A DNA stretch of 64,000 nt from an uncultured Treponema sp. (GCA_947166355.1 CAMVDX010000012.1:3585-67584), one strand, 5' to 3'. Shown: positions 9,205 to 19,265, counted from the first letter of the stretch. Numbers and translations: made by a program. The notes: a model not told the origin generated them from the sequence alone.

Positions 9205-10794
9205 TTGTCTAAAAAAGCACGCATTACTATTCATCCAAAATTTACAATCGGGGAGATTTCTCCTCGTCTATTTTCAGCTTTCATGGAACCGATTGGCACT
9301 ATTGTAAACGGCACCATGTATAATCCAAAGCACCCTACTGCCGACGAGCAGGGCTTCCGAACAGACTTTATTGAGGCTCTGCGCGGCACCGGTTTGCCTG
9401 CAGTCCGTATGCCGGGAGGAAATTTTGTTTCTGCCTGGCAATGGAAGGATTCTATTGGTCCGCGCGACCAGCGCAAAGTTCACCTAGATCCGGCCTGGCA
9501 TCAGTATATTCCAAATGATGTTGGGCATGACGAATATTTACAGTGGGCGGAAAAGGTCGGAACGGCGCCGATTTATACGGTGAACCTTGGAACCGGAACC
9601 TTGCAGGACGCAATGGACTGCATTGAGTATACAAATCACGAGGGTGGGACTTACTGGTCTGACCTTCGCCGTAAATACGGCCACGAAAAACCTTATGGCG
9701 TAAAAACCTGGTGTCTTGGTAACGAAATGGACGGCCACTGGCAGCTTGGCTCCTGGGAAAAGAATCCTACAGGCTACGGCACTCTCTGCCATGAGGCTTC
9801 AAAAGCCATGAAGTGGATTGATGAAAAAATTGAAACTGTTGTCTGCGGTTCGTCTGCTTCCTTTATGGACCACTACCCTGAGTGGGAAGCAAAGGTGATG
9901 GACCAGTGCTATGACACTGTTGATTATCTTGCCCTTCACCATTATCACATTGCAAAACCGGGCGATACTTTGTCGCTTTTGGGCGGCTCTCTTTATTATG
10001 AAGATTTTATTAATACAGAAGCGGCAATGCTGGACTACATTCAGGCTAAGCACCGCTCTCCGCGTAAGGTTAATATTTCTTTTGATGAATACGGTGCATT
10101 CCCGCGGCCTTTCAGCGAACTGCATCCGGGCTATGGCCCTTACAACATGGCACGGGTTCACTATGCCTTTAACCCGGAACGCAAATATATCCGCCACGAC
10201 CCGAATAATATGCCGGAGCGCGAATTCCCGGGCGGAGACATGCTTAAGCTTCTCAGCATGACTTCTATTCAGCTTGCTTTGCTTCGTCATGCTGACCGTG
10301 TAAAGATTGGCTGTATGACCGGCGGTTTGGCTGCGTCAGCAACAGCTAACCATGACACTGTATGGAAACCTGCGACTCATTATGCTTTCCGCCAGCTCAT
10401 AGATTACGCGCACGGAACTTCGCTTCAAGTTGCGGTTGATTCTGAAACCTTCGATATGCCGGGCTACGCCATTGATGACACCTCGCAGTACACAGGAAAG
10501 AACAATGTAAACTACATAGACTGTGCCGCTGCCTGGGACGAAAAATCAGGTAGACTCGCAGTCTTTGTAATCAATCGAAATGAAAAGGAAGCCTACCCTC
10601 TTACTCTGGATATCCGTGCTTTTGAAGGATTTAAAACTGCTTATTCCTATTCAATGTTCAGTGAAGACTTTGAAGCCAAAAGCAGTGCCAGTCGCGACTG
10701 GAAGGCTCCTTCAAAGAAAGCCGTTTCTATTAAAGATGGAATTTCATCTACAAAGGTTCAGCCCCTTTCGTGGAATGTGATAATATTTGAATAG
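9205..10794 (+). CDS. abfA: Alpha-L-arabinofuranosidase, GH51
   Basis: RMPGGNFVS, CLGNEMDG (acid/base) and FDEY (nucleophile) motifs; TTG start after GAGG. Confidence 0.9.
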   Translation: MSKKARITIHPKFTIGEISPRLFSAFMEPIGTIVNGTMYNPKHPTADEQGFRTDFIEALRGTGLPAVRMPGGNFVSAWQWKDSIGPRDQRKVHLDPAWHQYIPNDVGHDEYLQWAEKVGTAPIYTVNLGTGTLQDAMDCIEYTNHEGGTYWSDLRRKYGHEKPYGVKTWCLGNEMDGHWQLGSWEKNPTGYGTLCHEASKAMKWIDEKIETVVCGSSASFMDHYPEWEAKVMDQCYDTVDYLALHHYHIAKPGDTLSLLGGSLYYEDFINTEAAMLDYIQAKHRSPRKVNISFDEYGAFPRPFSELHPGYGPYNMARVHYAFNPERKYIRHDPNNMPEREFPGGDMLKLLSMTSIQLALLRHADRVKIGCMTGGLAASATANHDTVWKPATHYAFRQLIDYAHGTSLQVAVDSETFDMPGYAIDDTSQYTGKNNVNYIDCAAAWDEKSGRLAVFVINRNEKEAYPLTLDIRAFEGFKTAYSYSMFSEDFEAKSSASRDWKAPSKKAVSIKDGISSTKVQPLSWNVIIFE

Positions 10795-10795
10795 T

Positions 10796-10861
10796 CGTCT
10801 TTGCGAGCGCAGCGGAGCAATCCATTGCAGATTGCCATGCCGCTGCGCTTCTCGCAATGAC
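10796..10861. repeat. Paired REP-like palindrome, family A
   Basis: CGTCTTTGCGAG...GCAATC / GATTGC...CTCGCAATGAC. Confidence 0.85.
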
Positions 10862-10882
10862 AATTTCTCAGGAGGAATAAAA

Positions 10883-12136
10883 ATGTACCTGACCTACACT
10901 GTTTACCTGCTTATTCTGCTCCTTCTTCTCTGGGGCGGAAAATTTGCAGGCTTTAAGAAAGATGACTTCCATGAGGATTCTGCCTCGCTGGATTCATTTA
11001 TGTCGCTACGTGGTTTTGCAGCTATCGGAGTAATTCTCCACCACATCTCTCAGGAGAATGCCTTTCAGTGGGCAGGCGGCGGATATGGAAAGCCGGGAGA
11101 ACTCAGCATTTTTGTGAATGCCGGTTTTCTCTTTGTCGCAATCTTCTTTTTCTGTTCCGGCTATGGACTTATAAAAAGTCTGGAAACAAAGCCTGACTAC
11201 TTCAAGGGCTTCATGAAAAAACGTGTGCTTAAGACACTCGTAATTCCATATTACGTAAGCATTTTAATTTACGGACTTCTGCGCTTTGCCAGCGGAGAAC
11301 GATTTGCACCTCTCCAGTGGGCTACTCATCTGCTCGGTTTTACAATGATGAACGAGTATGCCTGGTATCCCATTATCGCTGCAATTCTTTACACAGCCTT
11401 CTATCTGATTTTTAAGAATATCAAAAACCGAAGGGTCTGCTATATTCTTATGGCAGCCGTCATCATTCTGCTTGGTATGATTTTCTGCGTAAACGGCCAC
11501 TTTACCTGGTGGGCTGGTCCTAAAAACTGGTGGCTGGGAGACTCTCCTCTACAGGAAAAATGGTGGGCTCAGCAGAAGGTTTTCTGGTTCTCCGGAGAAT
11601 GGTGGATTAACTCCTGTCCGGCTTTGTTTGTTGGCATGCTTTTTGCCCGCTTTGAAACTTCTATCCGAGACTGGTTCCGAAAATTCTACTGGGGCAAATT
11701 AGTGTTGATTTTGATTCTCACACTTGCTGCCATGATTCTTTCCGGCTATGGACAGATGCGTTTCGGCTGGTGGACCGAGTTCAGCGGCAACGGCCCTGAC
11801 ATCGGCAAAAAAATCGCAACCTACTTCTGCGTAATTCCTTACAGCATGATGTTTGTAATTCTTCTCTTTACGATTATGCTCAAATACAAGGCATCAAATC
11901 CGGTAAGCAGATTCTTTGGAAAGATTTCTCTTGAAACCTATATGATGAATCTGATTATGATCACGGCCTTCCGCTTCCTGCTCTACAAGACAGATCCTCA
12001 GTGGGGCGCTATGCCGGTTTACAAGACAGGTCACTACAATCTCGCCATCTACCTTGCTGCGGTTTTTGCCGGCACCATTCTTCTTGGACTTCTCTACAAG
12101 TTCCTCTGCGGTCTTATTCAAAAACGAATTAAGTAA
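10883..12136 (+). CDS. Acyltransferase-3 (OafA-like) membrane protein
   Basis: SLRGFAAIGVILHH, FFFCSGYGL and GKISLETY motifs. Start moved to 10883 (AGGAGG SD) because the longer ORF translates the repeat. Confidence 0.85.
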   Translation: MYLTYTVYLLILLLLLWGGKFAGFKKDDFHEDSASLDSFMSLRGFAAIGVILHHISQENAFQWAGGGYGKPGELSIFVNAGFLFVAIFFFCSGYGLIKSLETKPDYFKGFMKKRVLKTLVIPYYVSILIYGLLRFASGERFAPLQWATHLLGFTMMNEYAWYPIIAAILYTAFYLIFKNIKNRRVCYILMAAVIILLGMIFCVNGHFTWWAGPKNWWLGDSPLQEKWWAQQKVFWFSGEWWINSCPALFVGMLFARFETSIRDWFRKFYWGKLVLILILTLAAMILSGYGQMRFGWWTEFSGNGPDIGKKIATYFCVIPYSMMFVILLFTIMLKYKASNPVSRFFGKISLETYMMNLIMITAFRFLLYKTDPQWGAMPVYKTGHYNLAIYLAAVFAGTILLGLLYKFLCGLIQKRIK

Positions 12137-12164
12137 ACAAAGAAGTCATATACTGGTGACAAAA

Positions 12165-12197
12165 ATCTCCTGCTAAGGTGTTCTATTAGCAGGAGAT
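12165..12197 (+). promoter_or_regulatory. Perfect 12-bp hairpin containing the SD of the TonB-dependent receptor
   Basis: ATCTCCTGCTAA / TTAGCAGGAGAT; AGGAG at 12191-12195, ATG at 12202. Confidence 0.6.
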
Positions 12198-12201
12198 AAA
12201 A

Positions 12202-14751
12202 ATGCACCTTACAAAAAAATTCAGGAGCGCCATCTCAATTTTGGCGCTCAGTTTTTTCTACGCAGCAAATCTTTGCGCATATTCAATCAACATTACAGTA
12301 AATGATGCAGAGCTTGACTTTCCTCTTGAAGGAGTAAAAGTTTCTGTAGCAAATTCCAGCAGTCTTAGTTCAGAAACAGACGCAGACGGAATTGCCACTC
12401 TTGAGATTCCAGATTCAGTGACCTCTGGAAAAATCATTCTTACTTATCCAGGCTACAGAAGCGAAGAGTTAAGCTTTAAATCTTCTCAAACAGAATTAAC
12501 CGCTTCACTCTTTATGGCAGATGTAATCGAAGGAAAAGAGCTTGTTGTTGAACGCTCTGTACCGGGCGTTACAGATGAACAGAGCGGAGTTTCTGTTGTA
12601 ATCGAAAAAGAAACCTTCAGTTCTACTTCAAGAATGGGACTCGTAGAAGATGTCATGAATTCTGTAAACACACTTCCAGGAATTTCTTACGGCGGCTCAC
12701 AGCCTTCTGTACGCGGAGGATATCCACGAGATACAACAGCCGTTATGGATGGAGTTCAACTTATGTGGCCATGGCAGTGGGGCGGAATCTGTTCTATCTT
12801 TGATCCGGGAATGATTGACAGCGTAAAAATGTCTAACGGTGTTTTCTCTGCCCGCTACGGCCGAGCACTTGCAGGACTTCTGGAAGTAAATACAATCACC
12901 CCAAAAAAGGACAGAATTTCTTTTGAAGTTTCTACTTCTGACATCTCAACAAATGCCTACCTCCATCTTCCATTCAATGAGAAAATCGGAATGTATGCAG
13001 CCGGAAAAGTAACTTACCTTGATCCGCTTTTTGCACTTTACAAAAACATTTTTAAGGAAGGGGATCTTGCAGATGCACTCAATATGATTTCAACCTGTCC
13101 ATATATTCGAAACGGTTATACAAAGTTCTATTATAATCCGACAGAAAAACTGAACTTCACACTCAGCGGATTTATCGGCGCAGACGGAATCGGTTACGAC
13201 CAGACTCTTGATGAAGACGGGCAGAAAAATCATATTAGTTTTGATTATGCAATGCTCTCAGGCTTTGGAACACTTAACATGAAGTGGCTTCCTACAGATA
13301 AGCTCCAGATTAAGAGTATGGTTGCCTATGAATATCAGGGTGAAAACATGAAGCAGCAGCAGTCTCTGGAAGGAAAGTTCAAGTACAATGATGATTTTAT
13401 TTCTAAGTATGGAAGCTTGATTTCAAAACCAGGGGATTTGGCATCTAAATCATATAACCTTCCTCTGATAGAAAACATGATGAAAGAAGTAATGAATGAA
13501 CACATGTTCGAAGGAAAGGTTGAAGGTGAATACGAAATCAGCAATAACATGACAGCTGCCGCAGGCATAGACGCTATGTGTATTACAGGAACAACAACAG
13601 ACACATTCGATTCATGGAATGAAATAAACGATCCTTCAAAGCCATTGCCAACTTTCAAGAGATATGCAGGAGAAACAAGCTCTGATGGAAGTACTTTAGT
13701 AAACACTGCTGCCTATGGAGTTTTCAGTTTTGGTGGAGACAATACTTTGTTTAATGGAGAACTCGGTGTTCGTGGAGATTACTTCTGTATTTCAAACTCA
13801 AAAAATGATTTCTTCCTGAACTCAAAGCCAGCCCTCAATCCACGCGGAACAATCCGTTACACACCTTGGAGAGACCTCGGAGTTTTTGAACGAATCTCTT
13901 TCTCTGCAGGAGCCGGAATGTTCTCTACAGTTCCAGTCGAAATGCTCTTTGCAAGCAAAGACTTACAGCTCGATGACTGTGAAATGAACAAGGCTGTATT
14001 CTCTGTAGTTGGTACAGACATTCAACTTGCTGATAACTGGAACTTTAAACTTGAAGGTTACTACAGATATTATTATTCACGACTTTATATGATTTCTACA
14101 TATGATAATGGTAAGACTGGTGAAATCTTCAAGAACGACGGAATCGGATATTCTTATGGCTTTGACCTTATGCTTCAAAAGAATGTTGGAAAATGGTTCG
14201 ACGGCTATATTTCATATTCATTCATTAATGCAAAGTATAAGAACCCTACAGAACCTGAATATGCCGGTAAGGTTACCGTCAGAGGAGAGCCTTTAAACGA
14301 ATGGTACTATCCTGAATATCACCGCTTCCACACTCTCAATCTTGTTGCAAATATCCATCCGACATCTCACTGGGATCTTATGGTTAAGGGAACACTTGCT
14401 TCTGGAACTCCTATGCGCGAAACAGGAGATGTATTCTGTTACCCTGTAATTATGGAAGACGGAACTGTAGTTCAGAGATATTCACAGCATTCGTGGTACA
14501 GCGACACTCTCAGAACACAGCTGTCTTGCCCCGTAGATATTCGTGTGGCTTACAAATTTGAAACAATGGGCGGAAAACTTAAATGGGAAATCTATGGTGG
14601 TGCACAGGATATTTTCGTAAATCTTTATACACCTAAGGGGGGCCAGACCTTTGATGCATACACCGGAGAAAAATCAGATATTCCTGCAAGCGGTGCAAGC
14701 TTCAACATCGGAATCCCGCTTATCAACATTGGATTTAAGTTGAGTTACTAA
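12202..14751 (+). CDS. TonB-dependent outer-membrane receptor (N-terminal CarboxypepD_reg-like domain, plug, barrel)
   Basis: Signal peptide; plug motifs LPGI..SVRGG..DGV..SARYGRALAGLL; C-terminal GFKLSY; followed by exbB/exbD/tonB. Confidence 0.88.
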   Translation: MHLTKKFRSAISILALSFFYAANLCAYSINITVNDAELDFPLEGVKVSVANSSSLSSETDADGIATLEIPDSVTSGKIILTYPGYRSEELSFKSSQTELTASLFMADVIEGKELVVERSVPGVTDEQSGVSVVIEKETFSSTSRMGLVEDVMNSVNTLPGISYGGSQPSVRGGYPRDTTAVMDGVQLMWPWQWGGICSIFDPGMIDSVKMSNGVFSARYGRALAGLLEVNTITPKKDRISFEVSTSDISTNAYLHLPFNEKIGMYAAGKVTYLDPLFALYKNIFKEGDLADALNMISTCPYIRNGYTKFYYNPTEKLNFTLSGFIGADGIGYDQTLDEDGQKNHISFDYAMLSGFGTLNMKWLPTDKLQIKSMVAYEYQGENMKQQQSLEGKFKYNDDFISKYGSLISKPGDLASKSYNLPLIENMMKEVMNEHMFEGKVEGEYEISNNMTAAAGIDAMCITGTTTDTFDSWNEINDPSKPLPTFKRYAGETSSDGSTLVNTAAYGVFSFGGDNTLFNGELGVRGDYFCISNSKNDFFLNSKPALNPRGTIRYTPWRDLGVFERISFSAGAGMFSTVPVEMLFASKDLQLDDCEMNKAVFSVVGTDIQLADNWNFKLEGYYRYYYSRLYMISTYDNGKTGEIFKNDGIGYSYGFDLMLQKNVGKWFDGYISYSFINAKYKNPTEPEYAGKVTVRGEPLNEWYYPEYHRFHTLNLVANIHPTSHWDLMVKGTLASGTPMRETGDVFCYPVIMEDGTVVQRYSQHSWYSDTLRTQLSCPVDIRVAYKFETMGGKLKWEIYGGAQDIFVNLYTPKGGQTFDAYTGEKSDIPASGASFNIGIPLINIGFKLSY

Positions 14752-14758
14752 AAAAACA

Positions 14759-14794
14759 CGGTGGTTGAGTAGGCAAAGCCGTATCGAAACCACC
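14759..14794 (+). repeat. Palindromic repeat, family C (CGGTGGTTGAG...TCGAAACCAC)
   Basis: Near-identical to 17001-17038. Confidence 0.85.
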
Positions 14795-14819
14795 ACTTAT
14801 AATAAGGAGAAAATTTATT

Positions 14820-15509
14820 ATGGAAAGCAAATGGTCATTAATCGAACTTTTTAATCTTGGCGGTCCTTTCATGTGGGTACTGCTCGTATTCTCAATTGCA
14901 ACACTCACTATCATCATCGAGCGCTGTATCTACATCTTCTGGCACGACTGCAAGGTTACCCCGCTTTCAAACAAGGTAAAGCAGATGCTTCGTGAAGGTA
15001 AAAAAGATGAAGCTGAAAAAATGCTTTCAGAACTCAGCCACAAAAAAACTGCCGCAACAATTCTTTACGCACTTTTGAGCAATTCAAAATTCGGTGAAGC
15101 CCGCATGGAAAATGCCGCAGAATGTGAAGCACAGGAAAGACTTCGCCGCATGGAAAACGGCTTTAACTACCTGACAGCACTTTCGTCAATTGCGCCGCTT
15201 ACCGGCTTCCTTGGAACTGTATCGGGAATGATTGGTGCCTTTAAGTCTATCGCTGCCGCAACTGATGTAAATGCTCAGCTTGTTGCAAACGGTATTTACG
15301 AAGCCCTTATCACAACAGTATTTGGACTTATCATTGCAATTACTGCCCTGGTTGCCTACAATCTGCTTGTTCAGCGCGTAGACACCTTTGCAGCAGAAAC
15401 TTCAAAATGCATTAACGATTTGATTCCAGAACTACTTGATGATAAATCTGAAGAAAAGTCATCCGACCGATCGGAAGTTTATGACAGCGAAATGGAGCGT
15501 CTTGCCTGA
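14820..15509 (+). CDS. exbB: MotA/TolQ/ExbB proton channel
   Basis: APLTGFLGTVSGMIGAF and GIYEALITT motifs. Confidence 0.9.
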   Translation: MESKWSLIELFNLGGPFMWVLLVFSIATLTIIIERCIYIFWHDCKVTPLSNKVKQMLREGKKDEAEKMLSELSHKKTAATILYALLSNSKFGEARMENAAECEAQERLRRMENGFNYLTALSSIAPLTGFLGTVSGMIGAFKSIAAATDVNAQLVANGIYEALITTVFGLIIAITALVAYNLLVQRVDTFAAETSKCINDLIPELLDDKSEEKSSDRSEVYDSEMERLA

Positions 15510-15511
15510 TT

Positions 15512-15913
15512 ATGATTAAGCGTTTTATGAAGCGTGCGCCAGATGACTCTTCGAGCTCCGGTGCATTAAATGATCTTTCGTTTCTGCTGATTATTTTTTT
15601 CATCGTGATTGCGGGCTTTAATGTAAACAAGGGCTTTCTTCTGAACCTTCCGGTAAAGGACAAGCCTCGCATTGTTAAGACAGATGATTTGATGAAGTGC
15701 CAGCTTAAATCAGACGGCTCTATCATGATAGATAATAAGAATCTTAGTCTGGAAGAACTGCGCACAGCGATATCTGAAAAACGAGCAGAATGGCCTAACA
15801 TGACCTTTCTGCTTCTGATTGATCCGGATACAGAATACCAGAGTGTTGTAGATATCATCTACGAAATTAAACAGCAGAAAATTGAAAACTTTTCTTTTAA
15901 AATGAATGAATAA
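15512..15913 (+). CDS. exbD: ExbD/TolR protein
   Basis: LNDLSFLLIIFF TM segment with the conserved Asp. Confidence 0.87.
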   Translation: MIKRFMKRAPDDSSSSGALNDLSFLLIIFFIVIAGFNVNKGFLLNLPVKDKPRIVKTDDLMKCQLKSDGSIMIDNKNLSLEELRTAISEKRAEWPNMTFLLLIDPDTEYQSVVDIIYEIKQQKIENFSFKMNE

Positions 15914-15974
15914 CCGGTGGTTGAGTGCTCGTGCAAGCGACCGGTTGTTGAGCTTGTCGAAACACGAAACCACC
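15914..15974 (+). repeat. Family C palindrome with a second family C copy nested inside
   Basis: Outer CCGGTGGTTGAG...CGAAACCACC; inner CCGGTTGTTGAGCTTGTCGAAACA at 15941-15964. Confidence 0.8.
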
Positions 15975-15991
15975 ATTACGGAGAACACCAA

Positions 15992-16399
15992 ATGTTTACA
16001 ATAAATCGAAGAAAACGCAAGGCCAGCATAGCAACAGCTTCCATGTCTGATATTGGCTTTCTGCTTTTGATTTTCATTATGCTGATTTCCCTCATCAATC
16101 AGCGCCACGAAGAAAAGATTGAATACTCAGAAGCAAAGATTCTTGAGAAAACACAGGAAGAAAAAAATCTTGAAATCTGGATAAAAAAAGACGGAAACAT
16201 TTTTGTTGAAGGAAACCAGATTTCTCCTGAGACGCTCGAGCTTTTAATAGCCGGTAAAATTGCAGAAGAACCGGGAGCGCGTATTCATATTATTGCAGAC
16301 AGGAACACTCCTTATAAATATATAAATGATGTTGTTTCTGTTTTGCAGCTGCTTCAGCACAGAGTTGTCAGCTTTGTAGTAAAAGAGGAGTTATCATGA
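15992..16399 (+). CDS. exbD: Second ExbD/TolR protein
   Basis: SMSDIGFLLLIF and IIADRNTPY motifs. Start moved to 15992 (GGAG SD) because the longer ORF translates the repeat. Confidence 0.85.
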   Translation: MFTINRRKRKASIATASMSDIGFLLLIFIMLISLINQRHEEKIEYSEAKILEKTQEEKNLEIWIKKDGNIFVEGNQISPETLELLIAGKIAEEPGARIHIIADRNTPYKYINDVVSVLQLLQHRVVSFVVKEELS

Positions 16400-16998
16400 G
16401 AGTTGAAGCTTTACAGAAATATCGGCCGCTGGTGAGACCTCTGCTTTTTTCGCTTGTAATTGCGGTTCACATTATCGTACTTATCTGCGTAAAATTTTCT
16501 ATAAGCAACGCAGCGCCAGAGGAAGAAAAGACCGCAGAAATTTTTAAGCTTGTAGATGTCGAAGAATTTGTTCCGCCGCCACCACCGCCGCCAGTAATTC
16601 AAAAAAGAGAAGTTGTGGTGAACTCGGTAAAGGCTTCTGAAAATATTCAGGAAACCGAAAAAGAAGTTGTTGAAGTTGAAGAAGCTCCTGAAGAAATTGA
16701 TTACATTCCTCAACATAAGATATCTGTTGTACCAGAGATTCCTACAAAGCAGATTTTGTCAAAAATTGAATATCCTAAAATGGCAATGAAACAAGGAATT
16801 GAAGGTGTTGTTTATCTGGAGCTTTTTATAGATGAGGCAGGAAATATCAGACATATAAATGTACTGAAGGATCCAGGCTACGGTTTTGCTGAAGCCGCAA
16901 TTGCCGCTCTTGATGGCGTTACCTGTAAGCCGGCTTTGATGAATGACAAACCTGTTGCAGTTCGCTTCAGATATCCGGTAAGATTTGTCTTAAGCTAA
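16396..16998 (+). CDS. tonB: Energy transducer TonB
   Basis: N-terminal TM with His, poly-Pro linker, YPKMAMKQGIEGVV TonB_C motif. Confidence 0.9.
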   Translation: MRVEALQKYRPLVRPLLFSLVIAVHIIVLICVKFSISNAAPEEEKTAEIFKLVDVEEFVPPPPPPPVIQKREVVVNSVKASENIQETEKEVVEVEEAPEEIDYIPQHKISVVPEIPTKQILSKIEYPKMAMKQGIEGVVYLELFIDEAGNIRHINVLKDPGYGFAEAAIAALDGVTCKPALMNDKPVAVRFRYPVRFVLS

Positions 16999-17000
16999 CA

Positions 17001-17038
17001 CCGGTGGTTGAGTAGGCCGAAGGCCGTATCGAAACCAC
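17001..17038 (+). repeat. Palindromic repeat, family C
   Basis: CCGGTGGTTGAGTAGGCCGAAGGCCGTATCGAAACCAC between convergent genes. Confidence 0.85.
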
Positions 17039-17040
17039 AA

Positions 17041-17217
17041 TTATAAATATTTAAACAGCAGATACCCAATAACGAAGCCGGCAGGAATTGCGAGTATAAG
17101 AAGAATTGCCTTGAGAACCGGATTCATTTTTTTGTTTTCGTTTGAGGCATCCAGCTTTACCTCATAAAGAGTCTTGTCGGTTTCATCTTTAATTTTGATT
17201 TTTCTATTTTCTGGCAT
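17041..17217 (-). CDS. Small hypothetical protein with a C-terminal TM helix
   Basis: Charged N-terminus and hydrophobic C-terminus; the upstream in-frame extension lies in a repeat. Confidence 0.55.
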   Translation of the reverse strand: MPENRKIKIKDETDKTLYEVKLDASNENKKMNPVLKAILLILAIPAGFVIGYLLFKYL

Positions 17218-17230
17218 ATTAACCCCAATA

Positions 17231-17274
17231 TCACCCTGAACAGAGTATGTCACCCTGAACTTGATTCAGGGTCT
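17231..17274. repeat. Palindrome, family B (GTCACCCTGAACTTGATTCAGGGTCT) with duplicated 5' end
   Basis: TCACCCTGAAC at 17231 and 17250. Confidence 0.8.
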
Positions 17275-17426
17275 TTTATCAATATAATCCAGAAACAAGG
17301 ATATTTCAACGCCCCGACCAACAGCCCCTGCATTTCGTGTACGTTTTATTACAATTCAAGACCATCTTTATAGAAATCACTTCAAACATACTGTACAATC
17401 AAAACATTACCTTTCCGGAGATATTT

Positions 17427-19265
17427 ATGAAAGAAAAAAAGACTAAAACTCGGGTTAACGCCCTGCGTAATAATTTTTACGCACTGCGCCTTGTCTGGAA
17501 AATCTGTCCTGGTCCCGTTCTCCACATGGCAATTGCAAGACTTCTATCTTACTTCGGCTGGCTCTTTTACAGCGCCTTTTTTATGCGCTATGTAATTAAT
17601 GCCCTGCAGTCGGGTGAAAGCTTTAAGACAATAATGATTTTTATTGGAATCACAATTGCCGTTTTTGCAAGCATGGCTCTTTACAACAGCTTTATTCAGG
17701 GCTATGTTGCCCCGGTTGCAAATGCACGCCTGAACAAAGGCCTTTACCAAAAGCTCTTTAAAAAATCCAGCAATGTTGAACTGGAATGTTTTGAGAACTC
17801 GGAGTTTTATGATAAATATACTCTGGCCATGAAGAATGCCGATACAAATCTTTATAACACCGTAGACCAGTTATTCGGCGTTATATTTGGCTTTATTGCA
17901 AGCATTTTCGCCTTTTTCTTTATGTTTCAGGTAGACAAGTTTTCTGTCATCTTTATTATTTTTCCGATAATCGGAAACTTTTTCTTCCGCCGCCTTCTGA
18001 ACCATATTGAATTTAACCGCCAGAAGGACATGGCTCCTCATAACCGCCGCGTAGACTACATTAACCGCGTAATGTACCTCAAGGACTATGCCAAGGAAAT
18101 CCGTCTTACAAATATTTTTAACCTTCTCAAACGCCAATACACCGATGCGATTCAGGGTCTGGTAGAGGTTATTAAAAAATACATAGGAAAATCTGTGCTC
18201 TTCCACTGGTTCTGGGTACAGTTTACCTTCTCCTTTATTTTTGAAGGCCTTTTGATTTACGGAGCCTACCGAACGTTAGTTAGTTCTACTATGTCACTAG
18301 CCCAGTTGGCCGTTATTACCAGCATGATGGTTTCTACCACCTGGATTCTCATTGGCTTTACAGATTCGGTTACAGCCAGCTTAAAGAACGGACTTTTTGT
18401 TGAGTACCTCCGTTCCTTCCTTGAATACGAAGAAAAGATTCCGGAAGATTATGATGGAGAAGATCCAGGAACTAGAATTGAATCAATTGAATTCCGTAAT
18501 GTCGGCTTTGCCTATAAGGATGTACCTGTTCTCACCGGCCTCAATATGAAATTTGAAGGCGGCAAAACTTACGCTCTTGTAGGCCATAACGGAGCGGGAA
18601 AATCTACAATCATAAAGCTCCTTCTCCGCTTTTACGATCCGACTCAGGGAGAGATTCTTCTCAACGGCCGCAACATCAAGGAATATAATCTTCAGAAATA
18701 CCGCGCCCTTTTTGCAACCGCCTTTCAGGACAACAGAATGTTTTCTATGAGCGTTGCAGATAACGTAACTCTGGGAGAAGACATTCCTTCCGAAAAGCGG
18801 GAAGCAATTGTAACAGAGTCCCTCAAGCTTTCCGGAGTCTACGATAAGGTTACTAGTCTTCCAAAGGGAATCAACACTACCCTCACCCGCGAGTTTGATG
18901 ATGAAGGTGCTGTTCTTTCGGGCGGAGAGTTCCAGAAAATCGTGGTGTCACGAGCCTTTGCCCGTTCCTGCCCTGTGAAGGTTTTTGACGAACCTTCCAG
19001 CGCCTTAGACCCGATTGCTGAATATCAGCTTTTTGACAATATCTTAAAGGCCTGCAAGGAAAATACCCTGCTCTTTATTTCTCACCGCCTTTCATCTGTT
19101 CAGAATGCAGACCACGTATTTTTGCTTGAACAGGGTCAGGTAAAAGAAGAAGGAACTCACCGCGAGCTTTTAGACCGCCACGGCCTTTACGCAGACATGT
19201 ACCAGAAACAGGCAGAAAACTACCTGGCAGATAAATCAAAACAAAGGGAGGGAATCTGGGCATGA
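17427..19265 (+). CDS. ABC exporter, fused TMD-NBD
   Basis: GHNGAGKST, LSGGEFQK and DEPSSALD motifs; start at 17427 (GGAG SD). Confidence 0.9.
   Translation: MKEKKTKTRVNALRNNFYALRLVWKICPGPVLHMAIARLLSYFGWLFYSAFFMRYVINALQSGESFKTIMIFIGITIAVFASMALYNSFIQGYVAPVANARLNKGLYQKLFKKSSNVELECFENSEFYDKYTLAMKNADTNLYNTVDQLFGVIFGFIASIFAFFFMFQVDKFSVIFIIFPIIGNFFFRRLLNHIEFNRQKDMAPHNRRVDYINRVMYLKDYAKEIRLTNIFNLLKRQYTDAIQGLVEVIKKYIGKSVLFHWFWVQFTFSFIFEGLLIYGAYRTLVSSTMSLAQLAVITSMMVSTTWILIGFTDSVTASLKNGLFVEYLRSFLEYEEKIPEDYDGEDPGTRIESIEFRNVGFAYKDVPVLTGLNMKFEGGKTYALVGHNGAGKSTIIKLLLRFYDPTQGEILLNGRNIKEYNLQKYRALFATAFQDNRMFSMSVADNVTLGEDIPSEKREAIVTESLKLSGVYDKVTSLPKGINTTLTREFDDEGAVLSGGEFQKIVVSRAFARSCPVKVFDEPSSALDPIAEYQLFDNILKACKENTLLFISHRLSSVQNADHVFLLEQGQVKEEGTHRELLDRHGLYADMYQKQAENYLADKSKQREGIWA

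Noticed and set aside
10787-10882. N-terminal extensions of the acyltransferase and of exbD2 (15917-15991) as in-frame coding repeats
   Set aside because: Good SD-ATG starts lie downstream of the repeats, so the extensions are probably not translated.
6581-16399. FliG-C plus ExbB/ExbD as a novel rotary motor
   Set aside because: The genes are 7 kb apart in different units, and ExbBD is fully explained by the adjacent TonB and receptor.
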